A stretch of DNA of 42,747 nucleotides from an uncultured Gammaproteobacteria bacterium (GCA_964458735.1 CAYWJV010000002.1:1-42747); one strand, 5' to 3'. Positions 1 to 10,030 are shown, counted from the first letter of the stretch. Numbers and translations are program-made. The notes: generated by a model not told the origin, from the letters alone.

Positions 1-13
1 AATTCCTTAAGGA

Positions 14-226
14 TTGAGGTTAATAATAAACCGCACTAATTGGGAAACTCAGGAGGAAGGAAAAGGATTAGTTTATACTGTTGGAGATGGAAATCATAGG
101 ATTGGATTGGCTTGTATTGAGAGAGGTCAAATTCCTTTTGTTGTTATAGGTATTTGGGGAAGTGGTACGAGGTATGGATTTAATATAGTTTTAAATAAAA
201 TTCAAAGTGAATTAGCAGGAAGTTAG
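14..226 (+). CDS. Small hypothetical protein or gene remnant with a ParB/Srx-like DGNHR motif
   Basis: 70-aa ORF with TTG start and VGDGNHR; an in-frame TAA at 8-10 closes it upstream. Confidence 0.3.
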   Translation: MRLIINRTNWETQEEGKGLVYTVGDGNHRIGLACIERGQIPFVVIGIWGSGTRYGFNIVLNKIQSELAGS

Positions 227-308
227 TCATTAAGTGATTAAATTAATCAAAGATCTGTTTTAACATTCCTCTCAATCTTTCTCTTCCTCCCCACCGGTCA
301 ACTCATTG

Positions 309-719
309 CTATATATGATTAAAGATAACTTTTTGGTTGGTTGAATCAAAATATATATTAAATTTATCAAAAATATCTAGCCTTCCTAAAAGTAAAGTTG
401 AGTCTTCAGCGTCAATAAAATAGCATCGAGCGTCAATAATAAAATTTCCTATTTTGAGGTTAATCTTTCCGGGATAAGCAATAACAGAATTTTCTCCAAT
501 GCCAAAGAGTTTAGTTTTTTTATTTTTATTTATTTCTAAACCAAGTTGATTTGCTAATGATAAGGTCAACATTGTAGTATCAGCCCCGCTATCAACTAAA
601 AACCAAAGATTTTGCCAACCCCAACGGGCTTTAATAAGTATTGGTATGTAAGGATTAAAAACTTTGCCAAACTCGATCCATTTATATTGATAAGGAAAAG
701 TAAGCACTGACTTGTCCAT
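309..719 (-). CDS. Retropepsin-like (clan AA) aspartyl protease
   Basis: FLVDSGADTT catalytic motif and LLGRLDIF C-terminal motif; ATG at 719 (MDKSVLTF) preferred over 788. Confidence 0.85.
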   Translation of the reverse strand: MDKSVLTFPYQYKWIEFGKVFNPYIPILIKARWGWQNLWFLVDSGADTTMLTLSLANQLGLEINKNKKTKLFGIGENSVIAYPGKINLKIGNFIIDARCYFIDAEDSTLLLGRLDIFDKFNIYFDSTNQKVIFNHI

Positions 720-894
720 ACTTATCGATAAATCCAATAACGGTCTTTTGGGGAGAAATCTTCTTTTCTTTAAGTCTTTTAAATACATTATCTACTTCTT
801 TTGAAGAGGCATATATAATCGTACCATCTTGACTTGATGCTACCCACTGTCCACCAAATTTTTTTTGTAGTTTCAAATATATATTTGTTTTCAT
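682..894 (-). CDS. Small DUF5678-like protein
   Basis: 70 aa, KFGGQWVA...IIYASS pattern; overlaps the protease start by 38 nt. Confidence 0.7.
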   Translation of the reverse strand: MKTNIYLKLQKKFGGQWVASSQDGTIIYASSKEVDNVFKRLKEKKISPQKTVIGFIDKYGQVSAYFSLSI

Positions 895-925
895 AAACTC
901 ATTGTATACCCGTTAAATTTATTTT

Positions 926-2602
926 TCAATTGATTACAAACTTTACCATTCCTTTTAATTTCTCTCTTCCATTCCATCTATCAACTTCCAGATTATAAAC
1001 AACTTTTATTTTTTGTCCGCGGGAAAGTTCCTGGAATTTGCCAGCTTGATTGAAGGCGATGAACTCGAGTCCGTCAACAAATATTTTCAAGTGTTTTTGG
1101 GTTTTACCGAGGAGAGTTGCACCGGTGAGAATTCCTTCGCTATAAAAAATCGGCTTCGGATTACCCATTCCAAAAGGTTCTAATACCTCTAAGGATTTGA
1201 CTAAAGACAGATTAATTTTTTCTAAAGGAATCTTCAGATCCGTTTCAATCTTTTTTTCCAGGTCTTTATCTTTTAAAAGTTTATTGGCCAACTTGAGTGC
1301 GGCCGTTTTAAAGATGGTAATTTTTTCTTTTTCAATGGTAAAGCCGGCCGCTTGTTTGTGGCCGCCGACGTCAATAAGGTATTTTTTAAGAGAGCGCAAG
1401 AATTCAGTGATGTGAAAAGCAGGAATAGAGCGGGCTGATCCTTTGTAATGTTCGTTAGTTTTGGTTAAAACCAAGGTCGGCCGGTAAAACTCATCGGCGA
1501 TCTTTGAGGCGATTAAACCAATGATTCCTTCATGCCAGTGATCGGAAATCAATATAATGATTTTTGGTAGAGACGCAAAATTTTGCGTCTCTACTTCAAG
1601 CATTTTTTTCGCCTCCATTACGGATTTTTCGACCAGTTCCTGTCTTTCAACATTTATATTTCCGATTTTATGGGCGAGACCGTAAGCTTTTTTTTCATCA
1701 TTAGTACAAAGCAAACGGAGCGCATCAATCGCATGTTCCAATCTCCCAATCGCATTAATTCGGGGCGCGATCATAAACCCAACTTCGTAGGGAGTAATTT
1801 TTTTGTTTTCAATACCAGCCTGTTTAAGAATGTGTTTTATGCCAAAACGCTTTACTTTAGAAAACGATTCCAGTCCGTGTTTGACCACGGATCGGGAAGA
1901 ACCGGTGAGGGGAACCAGGTCGGCGATCGTGCCGATGGCAGCCAACGACAAATAATCGGACGTAAAATTATTTTGTAGAGACGCAAAATTTTGCGTCTCT
2001 ACGGGGGGAAACGCATTAAATATTTCCTTGGCAAAAAAGTAGGCAACACCTGAGCCGGAAAGAGCTGGGATATGAAAGATTGCCTCAGCTTTGGGTGTTT
2101 TTTCACCTTTTAAATGATGATCGGTGACAATTATTTTTATTCCTAAAGTGGTAGCATATTCGATTTCTTCAACTTTGGTAATTCCATGATCAACGCTGAT
2201 AATTAAGGCCGGATCAAATTGTTTTTTAACATTATTAATTCCTTTTTTGGAAAAACCATAACCTTCCAGTTTCCGGTGCGGTACATGAGGCATGACTTTA
2301 AACCCGAGGAGGTATAAAGTTTCCCAAAGAATCGCGCCGCCGGTAATGCCATCGGCGTCATAATCAGTATAGACAACAATCATCTGATCGTTTTTTTTGA
2401 TATTTTTTAGGAGTTCTAAAACTTTTTTGAACGATTGTTGATATTTTTGATCAAAGTCGAGTAGTGAAATAGAAAGGGGTGATGGGGGATTGAGAAATTC
2501 ATCAAGGTTTTTGATGCGGCGATTTTTTATTAGAAGCTTTACGATTTCATCATTAGTAAATTTGTCAGTAGATTTAATCTCTTTTTTGAAAGTAATTTTC
2601 AT
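926..2602 (-). CDS. recJ: Single-stranded-DNA-specific exonuclease RecJ
   Basis: DYDADG, SVDHG, TDHH, GTIADLVPL, APRINAIGRL, GSARS, GGHKQAAG, LEPFGMGNP. Confidence 0.97.
   Translation of the reverse strand: MKITFKKEIKSTDKFTNDEIVKLLIKNRRIKNLDEFLNPPSPLSISLLDFDQKYQQSFKKVLELLKNIKKNDQMIVVYTDYDADGITGGAILWETLYLLGFKVMPHVPHRKLEGYGFSKKGINNVKKQFDPALIISVDHGITKVEEIEYATTLGIKIIVTDHHLKGEKTPKAEAIFHIPALSGSGVAYFFAKEIFNAFPPVETQNFASLQNNFTSDYLSLAAIGTIADLVPLTGSSRSVVKHGLESFSKVKRFGIKHILKQAGIENKKITPYEVGFMIAPRINAIGRLEHAIDALRLLCTNDEKKAYGLAHKIGNINVERQELVEKSVMEAKKMLEVETQNFASLPKIIILISDHWHEGIIGLIASKIADEFYRPTLVLTKTNEHYKGSARSIPAFHITEFLRSLKKYLIDVGGHKQAAGFTIEKEKITIFKTAALKLANKLLKDKDLEKKIETDLKIPLEKINLSLVKSLEVLEPFGMGNPKPIFYSEGILTGATLLGKTQKHLKIFVDGLEFIAFNQAGKFQELSRGQKIKVVYNLEVDRWNGREKLKGMVKFVIN
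1567..1594. repeat. 28-bp perfect palindrome GTAGAGACGCAAAATTTTGCGTCTCTAC (GTAG REP-like), copy 1, inside recJ
   Basis: Read directly; encodes VETQNFASL. Confidence 0.95.
1975..2002. repeat. Identical 28-bp GTAG palindrome, copy 2, inside recJ
   Basis: Read directly; also encodes VETQNFASL. Confidence 0.95.
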
Positions 2603-2604
2603 AT

Positions 2605-3534
2605 TTATTCAAGCGCCTTCTCCTCCTTTTCAACCGCCAGCAAATTCGTCGATTCTAGTTTTTGCCCCAATGAAGAAAATGTTTTTGTTACCTGAGAACT
2701 TTGATTAAAAGCATTAGTAACATGTTTATTCAATATTGACAAAGCCTCATCAGTCTTTTGGTAATCTTTTTTTATTGCTTGCAAGATTTTTAAAATTTCT
2801 TTGGCTTTTGTCTCGATTTTTTCACCTTCAAATGAGATTAGAATGGCTTTAATATAAGCATAAAAACTCATTGGCGAAACCGGCAGAACCCGATTTTGCC
2901 CGGCATAGTCAAATACGGTTTCGTTATTGATCAATTCATAATAAATACTTTCGGAGGGAACGTACATTAAGGCATAATCAACCGTTTTTTCTTCCGCCAA
3001 TATATACTTTCTGGCAATATCATCGACGTGTTTTTTAACATCTCTTTCAAAATCTTTTTTAATCGAAGCGATCTCATCTTTGTTGGTCGCTTTGGAAATT
3101 TTTTTAAAAGTATCAATTGGAAACTTTGAATCAATTGGAATTAAGCCTTGGGAAGTAATCAAAACGGCATCAACGATCGAGCCGGTTTTAAAATGATACT
3201 GAAGTTTGTAGGAAGATTTGGGGAAATTTTGAGCTAAAAGTTCCTTTAACACGTGTTCTCCGATGTTCCCTCGAAGTTTTGGAGAGGTGAGATATTCTTG
3301 TAATTCTTTCATTGATCGTCCGATCTCTGAAAACTCACCAATAGTTTTTTGGACCGAAGCAAATATTTCTAAATTTTTGGTTAGTTTTTGATCAACGGAA
3401 AGGTTGGAAGTTTTAAGCCATTCAACAATGTCAGAGGAAAGGGTAGTTTTTTCTTCAAGACGATTAAGCCAAAGACGGATAATAAAAAGAGTAACTAAAA
3501 AGAGAACAAGAATAACGATTAAAGCAGGATTCAT
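2605..3534 (-). CDS. rmuC: DNA recombination protein RmuC family
   Basis: N-terminal TM helix, RGNIGE, VDAV...IPIDSKFP, ALMYVPSESIY. Confidence 0.92.
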   Translation of the reverse strand: MNPALIVILVLFLVTLFIIRLWLNRLEEKTTLSSDIVEWLKTSNLSVDQKLTKNLEIFASVQKTIGEFSEIGRSMKELQEYLTSPKLRGNIGEHVLKELLAQNFPKSSYKLQYHFKTGSIVDAVLITSQGLIPIDSKFPIDTFKKISKATNKDEIASIKKDFERDVKKHVDDIARKYILAEEKTVDYALMYVPSESIYYELINNETVFDYAGQNRVLPVSPMSFYAYIKAILISFEGEKIETKAKEILKILQAIKKDYQKTDEALSILNKHVTNAFNQSSQVTKTFSSLGQKLESTNLLAVEKEEKALE

Positions 3535-3541
3535 GAAGACA

Positions 3542-4474
3542 TTATATCAAACCACCATTTTTGAAGATTTTTGGCTTAAGCCATTCCTGACTGGTTTGTG
3601 GTTTTTCTGTCATAGTTTCTTTTTCCACTGACTCAATTGGCGCGGCTTTAGGCGTTTCCGGACTGTGGCCCGGCATAGAGTTAATTACCCGAGGTTGAAA
3701 AGAAACGGTTGGAGAAGTTCCAATGGGAACAGGTTTTTTAAAAGCTTTTTTAACAGCCCCTAACCGAAGTAAAGTGGCAATATGTTCAAAGGTATCGGCA
3801 TTGGTGGAATAAGAAGTAAAGTTATTAGTCGAGGCAGCTGCTCCGGCATAAAGATTAGTGGCCATATCCCGATCAATTTCGATTTGCAAAGTTTGCAAAA
3901 CCGACAAAATTAACTCGGAAATCGAAGAAATAGTCTTATTAACATAATTGACGGTGCCGAAATAAGCATTAGTCAAATGTCTATCAATATTAATAATATC
4001 TTTTCCGGTAAACTGGTTTTGATTGTCAGTATAGATTGTTCCTAAGCTACTTAAGGTTGGCGCATCAATGACAATAATCATATCAACTAGACCGCCGGTA
4101 TAGGAAAAATTTGCTTGATTAGGATTCAATTTTTGAAAGCCGGGTCGGGGAGTGACAATCAGGTTAAAAACTTCGCCTTGAATGTTATAGTCGACTTTAT
4201 CAATCGCGCCATCGGTATAAGGAAAAGAAACCATCAGGCTATCGCCGCCAGCGCCGATGATATTTTGGAATTTATCAGAGGCAACTAAATCGGACTGGAT
4301 TTTTTGGCTACAGATTAAGGAAATGGTTTTCCCCATTTTATTTAAGGCTAAATATAAAGAAGTTGACGCAGCAATCGCATCAATAGATGGATTGGGAGGA
4401 ATAATAATAACAGCAGAACGGCATTTGGTGGTTATTTCCTGAATTCTGCTTAAGGTGTTTTGGGTATTATCCAT
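3542..4474 (-). CDS. DHH-family phosphoesterase (NrnA-like) with degenerate motifs
   Basis: PSIDAIAAS, IIVID, INIDRHLTN, SSISEL, ATNLYAG; adjacent to infB. Confidence 0.75.
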   Translation of the reverse strand: MDNTQNTLSRIQEITTKCRSAVIIIPPNPSIDAIAASTSLYLALNKMGKTISLICSQKIQSDLVASDKFQNIIGAGGDSLMVSFPYTDGAIDKVDYNIQGEVFNLIVTPRPGFQKLNPNQANFSYTGGLVDMIIVIDAPTLSSLGTIYTDNQNQFTGKDIINIDRHLTNAYFGTVNYVNKTISSISELILSVLQTLQIEIDRDMATNLYAGAAASTNNFTSYSTNADTFEHIATLLRLGAVKKAFKKPVPIGTSPTVSFQPRVINSMPGHSPETPKAAPIESVEKETMTEKPQTSQEWLKPKIFKNGGLI

Positions 4475-4479
4475 ATTTC

Positions 4480-5943
4480 TTATAGGATAGATTTTACCAT
4501 ATCACCGACCACAAAGTCAAGTGGGGGGCCAAAGATCATTCCCGCTTCCTGACCTTTCTTTACCTCGCCAACAGTCTTGGCGCGGATTTTTAAAGACACA
4601 AGCTTAGTTTTTCCTATAAGTTTATTTTTTCGAAAGCATTCCAGTTGATCACCAAGATTTATTTTTCCTTTTATAACGGAGACTCCAAAGATTTTTTCCC
4701 CTTCAATAATAAAGTTCGCTATGATCCGAGCTTCACCTTTAAGATTCTTTTCTTTTTCCTCTTTTTCTTTAATCAGATTAGCCACTTCATTAAGTTCGTC
4801 CAGTAACTCATAAATTATCTGATAGGATTTAATAATCACTTTTTCCTGTTTGGCCAGATCCTCTGCTTCAGCACTGGTTTTAACCGTATAACCAATAATG
4901 ATTGATTTGGTCGCTTTGGCTAAAAAAATATCGGATTTATTAATTTCCCCGACGGCTAAAAGAACAATATCAAGATTAACATTGTCTTTTAAAGAATTTT
5001 TTAACGCTTCAACACTACCTTGCGAATCGGCCTTAATAATAGCAGCCAGTTTTTTTTCAATGACCGGTGTTTTCAAAACGTCCTCTAAGGTCAATGCTTT
5101 TTGGGTAATTGGTAATTGGTCATTGGTTATTGTTTGATCATTATTTGGAATTGATGATTGCGTTTTAATCATTGCTCCAACTTCCGGCATGTCATTAAAT
5201 CCTAGGATTTCAAAAGGGCTGGAAGGCAATACTTGAGTAACACTTTTTCCGAGATCATTAATCAACGACTTAACTTTTATTTTTTGATCATTAACAAAAA
5301 GAGTGTCAGCTATTTTTATCGTACCATCTTTGATAATAACACTGGCAACAATTCCCCGTCGGTCTTTTTTTGTTTCAATAATATAGGCTAAAACTGGGTT
5401 TTTTTCGTCATAGTTAAGTTTTAAATCAGAGGCAATAAATAGAATAGTTTCTAAAAGTTCATTAATACCTTTACCGGTTTTGGCGGAAACTAAAGCCACC
5501 GGAACCGCTCCTCCTTTACCTTCAGTCATTACTTCATATTTCAAAAGATCGTTTTTGACTTTTTCCGGATTAGTCTCAGGTAGATCAATTTTGTTAATAA
5601 CAACGATAAAAGGGATTTTAGCGGCCTTGATATGAGAAATAGATTCAGCCGTTTGAGGCATGACGGAATCTTTTCCGTCGATTAGGAGTAGTGCAATGTC
5701 TGCTACATTGGCGCCCCGGGCGCGCAGTTTGGTAAAAGCTTCATGGCCGGGAGTATCAATAAAGGTAATTTTATTGGTTTTATAATCTTTAAACTCAGTC
5801 GTGATTTCATAGGCGCCGATTTTCTGGGTAATCCCGCCGTATTCATGATCGGTAATGTTACTTTTTCTAATATAGTCCAAAAGAGTAGTTTTTCCGTGAT
5901 CAACATGACCTAAGATGGCTACAATCGGGGGACGAGTATTCAT
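4480..5943 (-). CDS. infB: Translation initiation factor IF-2 (short form lacking the N-terminal domain)
   Basis: RPPIVAILGHVDHGKTTLLD, DTPGHEAF, NKID; ATG at 5943 follows the nusA stop. Confidence 0.96.
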   Translation of the reverse strand: MNTRPPIVAILGHVDHGKTTLLDYIRKSNITDHEYGGITQKIGAYEITTEFKDYKTNKITFIDTPGHEAFTKLRARGANVADIALLLIDGKDSVMPQTAESISHIKAAKIPFIVVINKIDLPETNPEKVKNDLLKYEVMTEGKGGAVPVALVSAKTGKGINELLETILFIASDLKLNYDEKNPVLAYIIETKKDRRGIVASVIIKDGTIKIADTLFVNDQKIKVKSLINDLGKSVTQVLPSSPFEILGFNDMPEVGAMIKTQSSIPNNDQTITNDQLPITQKALTLEDVLKTPVIEKKLAAIIKADSQGSVEALKNSLKDNVNLDIVLLAVGEINKSDIFLAKATKSIIIGYTVKTSAEAEDLAKQEKVIIKSYQIIYELLDELNEVANLIKEKEEKEKNLKGEARIIANFIIEGEKIFGVSVIKGKINLGDQLECFRKNKLIGKTKLVSLKIRAKTVGEVKKGQEAGMIFGPPLDFVVGDMVKSIL

Positions 5944-5947
5944 AGAA

Positions 5948-6964
5948 TTATGCCTTTGGTTTTTCTTTACTAACTTTATTTTCAGAAGTGACTTCAGGAG
6001 TAGCGATTGATTCTTTTGGCTTTGTTTGCACAATGTCTATTTCAAAATCAGTCAATCTTGAAGCTAGGTTAACATTGATTCCGCCTTTACCTATAGCTAA
6101 AGGGGCTTCTTTTTCTTCCACTGTTACCTTAGCTCTTTTGCCAGTTTTATCAATCTCAACTGAAGTAATTTTAGCTGGTGATAAGGCGGCGATTAAAAAT
6201 AATTTTTCATCTTTATTCCATTGAATAATATCAATTTTTTCTCCTCCGCCCAATTCTTCAATGACAGTCTGAACCCGAACGCCTTTTTGACCAACGCAAG
6301 CACCAACTGGGTCAACTCCGGATTGGGTTGAAGTAACAGCAATTTTAGTTCGTTCACCCGGTTCGCGGACTACTTTTTTAATTTCGACGGTGCCATTGGC
6401 TATTTCCGGTACTTCCCGTTTAAACAACTCTTCAATTAACTTAGGATGAGAGTGAGAAACTATAATTCTGGGATTGTCAAATTTATCATTGGAGATTTCT
6501 TTGAGATAAACAATCAGATTATCGTTAACTTTATATTGATAATTATTCATCTGTTCTTCTTTGGGGAGAATAGCTTCGGCTTTACCAATGTCAACTGAGG
6601 CGCTATAGCCGTCGTAACGAATGATTCGACCTTTGACAACTGTTCCAACTTGAGATTGATAATGAGCCGCCACGGTTTTTTTCTCGGCTTCTCTGATTTT
6701 TTGTAAAATGACTTGTTTAGCAGTTTGAGCGGCAATGCGTCCAAATCCCGGAGGAGTTATATCTTTGTCATTCTCGAATATTTTTGTTTCGCCGGTATCT
6801 TTATTAACAGTAGCTTTAATCTCTTCAATTTTTTCCGGGTATTCTTTTTTATAAGCGGCCACAATTGCAAGTTCAATCGAAGAGAGAACATCGCTAACCG
6901 AGATACCTCTTTCGGTGGCTACCTGGTTTAAAGCTAAAGAAAACTCACTTTTGATTATGGTCAT
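5948..6964 (-). CDS. nusA: Transcription termination/antitermination factor NusA
   Basis: FGRIAAQTAKQVI, REPGERTKIAV, DPVGACVGQKG, AIGKGGINV. Confidence 0.97.
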   Translation of the reverse strand: MTIIKSEFSLALNQVATERGISVSDVLSSIELAIVAAYKKEYPEKIEEIKATVNKDTGETKIFENDKDITPPGFGRIAAQTAKQVILQKIREAEKKTVAAHYQSQVGTVVKGRIIRYDGYSASVDIGKAEAILPKEEQMNNYQYKVNDNLIVYLKEISNDKFDNPRIIVSHSHPKLIEELFKREVPEIANGTVEIKKVVREPGERTKIAVTSTQSGVDPVGACVGQKGVRVQTVIEELGGGEKIDIIQWNKDEKLFLIAALSPAKITSVEIDKTGKRAKVTVEEKEAPLAIGKGGINVNLASRLTDFEIDIVQTKPKESIATPEVTSENKVSKEKPKA

Positions 6965-6984
6965 ATAAATTATTTTTGTTAAAT

Positions 6985-7728
6985 CTATTTTTTTATGGAC
7001 GAGCCCTTAGGAGCAACTGCAGCTTCTTTTTTAGCTGGAGCGGCAGCGGCTTCCTCTGTTGGCGTAATAGCTTCAACTGTTTGATCTGGGGCTGCCTCAG
7101 TGATAATCTCAGGAGCAGCCACAGCCGTCTCCGGAATAATACTTTCTTCTTTATGAGCAATGACGGCGACGACGACTTTTTCCGCCGGAGTTTTTATCTC
7201 ATATTTGTCAGATTTTTTCAGATCAACTACTTTGATTTCCTGACCGATTTCCTTAATAACGGAAATATCAACTTCAATATATGACGGAATATCTTCAGGT
7301 AAAGCCTCGATCAGCAAAGTATCTGATTGAACAAGAAGGACGCCGCCTTTTTGAGAAACCGCTTCAGATACTCCGATGGTTTTAACCGGAACGGCTGTTT
7401 CGATTTTTTTAGAAAGATCAATTTTTCTAAAATCAATATGAAGCAAAGAACCTGATACCGGATGTTTTTGAATAGTTTTAATTAAGACGGGGATATTATC
7501 TTTATCTAACGATAGGTAAACAACGCCAGTTTCACCAACTTTTTTATAGGTTTTAACTAAATCTTTATGCGTAACAGACACCGATTGGGATTTAAAGTCC
7601 GGACCATATACGTTACCAGGCACTAATCCCAGTTTACGAATCTTATTTAATTTTTTACCAAAAACTTGTCGTAACTCTACTTTAAGAGACACTTTTTCTG
7701 AAGAATTAGCTGATTTTTTGTTTTTCAT
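6985..7728 (-). CDS. rplY: 50S ribosomal protein L25/Ctc
   Basis: VPGNVYG, QKHPVSG.LLHIDF, ALPEDIP; Ala/Glu-rich tail. Confidence 0.93.
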   Translation of the reverse strand: MKNKKSANSSEKVSLKVELRQVFGKKLNKIRKLGLVPGNVYGPDFKSQSVSVTHKDLVKTYKKVGETGVVYLSLDKDNIPVLIKTIQKHPVSGSLLHIDFRKIDLSKKIETAVPVKTIGVSEAVSQKGGVLLVQSDTLLIEALPEDIPSYIEVDISVIKEIGQEIKVVDLKKSDKYEIKTPAEKVVVAVIAHKEESIIPETAVAAPEIITEAAPDQTVEAITPTEEAAAAPAKKEAAVAPKGSSIKK

Positions 7729-7766
7729 ATAATTTTTATAAAATTTATAATGTTTATAACGATTAT

Positions 7767-10007
7767 TTACTCCCTGTTTAACTCAATAAGAAAAATTTTA
7801 TCGGTTGATAAACTGGTATTATAGACGATTTGATTATCTTTAACAACGGGAGAAAAATTTTGATTAAGTACGGAAATGTTTTTGTCTAACTGATACTCTA
7901 ATATCAGGTCGGAATTTTTGGCGCCAATTTGTTTTTGAACAATTAGCTGATAGATACTTCTTCTTTTTTTCAAAGGTTCATTTAGTTGATAATTAATTTT
8001 TATCTCAACGGTTTTTCCCGGTGCCAGTTCAAAAAAAAAGCCTATTAGTTTGTACCGATCGTCTATTTGATCAACGTCCTCAACTAAGACACCGTCTTTG
8101 GTGATTTGATTGAGAGTAGAGTTTAAAGGCAGAAGAATCTGAAAATAATTGCGGTAATATCCGGTTGGGAAAACTTCTGCCGGCGACTCGTTTTTATACT
8201 GAAGAGAAAAAAAATGAGTGATTTTTCCTTGAGAGTCGATATTAACTTTTAAATTGACAAAACGGTTAATGAAAAAATTAGCTTTATTGGCACCAACATT
8301 GGCGTCATAGGGGAAGACATAATCGGTAATGCAATTTTCTGATAAAGTGCATTTGGGATCAATGACCCGGCCGGACCAAAAAGATGAGTCAAAAAACGAT
8401 TGCAGATTTTGATCTTCCAAAAAAACGGTAATCTGTTTTTCATCAAGGGATTTTTTTATTTGAGAAAATAAAGTTTTGACATTAACGGTATTGAAATTAT
8501 TTTGTAACTGCCTAACTAAAGAGGATAAAAATGTTTTTTTTTGAATCGAACCCGGAAAAAAATTTTTTCCCACATAAAATTGAGTTTTTAAATAAAAATT
8601 TTTAGCATTAATATATTCCTTAAAATCAGGTAGATATAGGTCATTAAAAGCATAAAGAATATTTTCAACGGCAGTGGTTGTAAATAGAATTCCGCCGGAA
8701 AAATCAGTCATTTTCATTTCTTTTTCCAGAAAAAATAAGGCTTTTTGATAGTTAGTAAAAAAATCAGGTGAAAAATTTGAATCTCTAAAAAACCAATGAG
8801 GAACACTAAGATATTTAGCAATTGGTTTTGGCGGATCAAGGTGAACGGTCAGCTGGCCATCGGCATCATAGATATCATAAACCTTAATATTGCTAATATT
8901 ATAATTACCAATTTCAAAAATGCCGAATGATCCGATAAAACCTCCACCGGGGCGTAACTCCATATTGTTGGCAAAAAAGATAACGTATTTTTTTGGTTTT
9001 TTTTCTGTAATAACATCCTGAAAATAATTGATAACTTTTTTGGCTTTTTGCAAGCTATCAGCCAGCTCGAGTAACTGTTTTTTTATTGACTCAAAATAAT
9101 TATTTGATATTGGTATTTTTTGAGCAATAATATTAAGTTCTTCCTGAATATTGGCCAAATTAATTTTTGTTTTTTCAATCCTTAAAATCAAAATAGTTTT
9201 TTGTTCAGTTGTTTTTTCTGGTTGAAAGAAGAAATCTTCCAAGCCCTTGAAATTCTCCAACAACAATTCAGTTTGTCTGACAATCGTCAGGCTTTTCTCA
9301 TTAATATCAATCAGATTGTCAGGCAAGATAGCAATTCCAAATAGTAGATAACTGGGACGGACGATTGAATATAATTTTTTAGAAATTTCATTGATTGATG
9401 ACGAATTATTAATATCTTTAAAAGAATTTTTTTTTAGAGCTAAATAATTTTGGTAATTGAGAAAAAGTGATAGGAAAAGAAAAGGAATAAAAGCGAGATG
9501 TAATATAATAACGGAGAATAGTAACAAAAGAATTAAATTTTTTTTGGTAATAAATTTTTTGTAATTATGAGTTAGTTCCGGTATCGAATTTAATTTATTT
9601 TTTACTAATTGAGATAAGTTTAAGTTGAGGTTTATTTCATTACTTTTAGAAAAAGCAAACCAAAGAATCTTATCGATTTCATTTTTTTCCAGTAGATCAC
9701 CGTTAACAGTAATAATTTTTATATTTTTTGGCGGATTTTTTATATTGATCTGACGGTTTTTTCCCCCGAAAAAGATATAAACAAAAAGACTTTCTTTATT
9801 GTTACCAATTTTTTCTAAAGATATAGATTCATTAATGATAAAAATATAATGAAATATTTTGATAATTTTTGGAATAAAGGGGGAATAAAAAGGACTAACG
9901 GAAACTTTTTTTAACTCATTTTTTAAAAGAGAAATAAATAAATAGTTTTTTTTGGAAACAATCAAAGCCTTTTGTTTTTCTTCAATTATTTCAGTTCTTA
10001 GTTTCAT
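7767..10007 (-). CDS. DUF4012-domain membrane-anchored protein
   Basis: NNMELRPGGGFIGSFG, FRDSNFSPDF, NVGANKAN; single TM near residue 165. Confidence 0.8.
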   Translation of the reverse strand: MKLRTEIIEEKQKALIVSKKNYLFISLLKNELKKVSVSPFYSPFIPKIIKIFHYIFIINESISLEKIGNNKESLFVYIFFGGKNRQINIKNPPKNIKIITVNGDLLEKNEIDKILWFAFSKSNEINLNLNLSQLVKNKLNSIPELTHNYKKFITKKNLILLLLFSVIILHLAFIPFLFLSLFLNYQNYLALKKNSFKDINNSSSINEISKKLYSIVRPSYLLFGIAILPDNLIDINEKSLTIVRQTELLLENFKGLEDFFFQPEKTTEQKTILILRIEKTKINLANIQEELNIIAQKIPISNNYFESIKKQLLELADSLQKAKKVINYFQDVITEKKPKKYVIFFANNMELRPGGGFIGSFGIFEIGNYNISNIKVYDIYDADGQLTVHLDPPKPIAKYLSVPHWFFRDSNFSPDFFTNYQKALFFLEKEMKMTDFSGGILFTTTAVENILYAFNDLYLPDFKEYINAKNFYLKTQFYVGKNFFPGSIQKKTFLSSLVRQLQNNFNTVNVKTLFSQIKKSLDEKQITVFLEDQNLQSFFDSSFWSGRVIDPKCTLSENCITDYVFPYDANVGANKANFFINRFVNLKVNIDSQGKITHFFSLQYKNESPAEVFPTGYYRNYFQILLPLNSTLNQITKDGVLVEDVDQIDDRYKLIGFFFELAPGKTVEIKINYQLNEPLKKRRSIYQLIVQKQIGAKNSDLILEYQLDKNISVLNQNFSPVVKDNQIVYNTSLSTDKIFLIELNRE

Positions 10008-10030
10008 ACCTTTATTGTATAATTTCTCCT

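Noticed and set aside
1567-2002. CRISPR array from the two 28-bp repeats
   Set aside because: Only two copies, 380 bp apart, inside recJ; no cas genes
3658-3673. CCGGACTGTGGCCCGG possible REP remnant in the DHH gene tail
   Set aside because: Too short and imperfect to distinguish from chance
5944-6033. N-terminal extension of infB in the ORF track
   Set aside because: Overlaps the nusA 3' end; the ATG at 5943 directly precedes the conserved RPP motif
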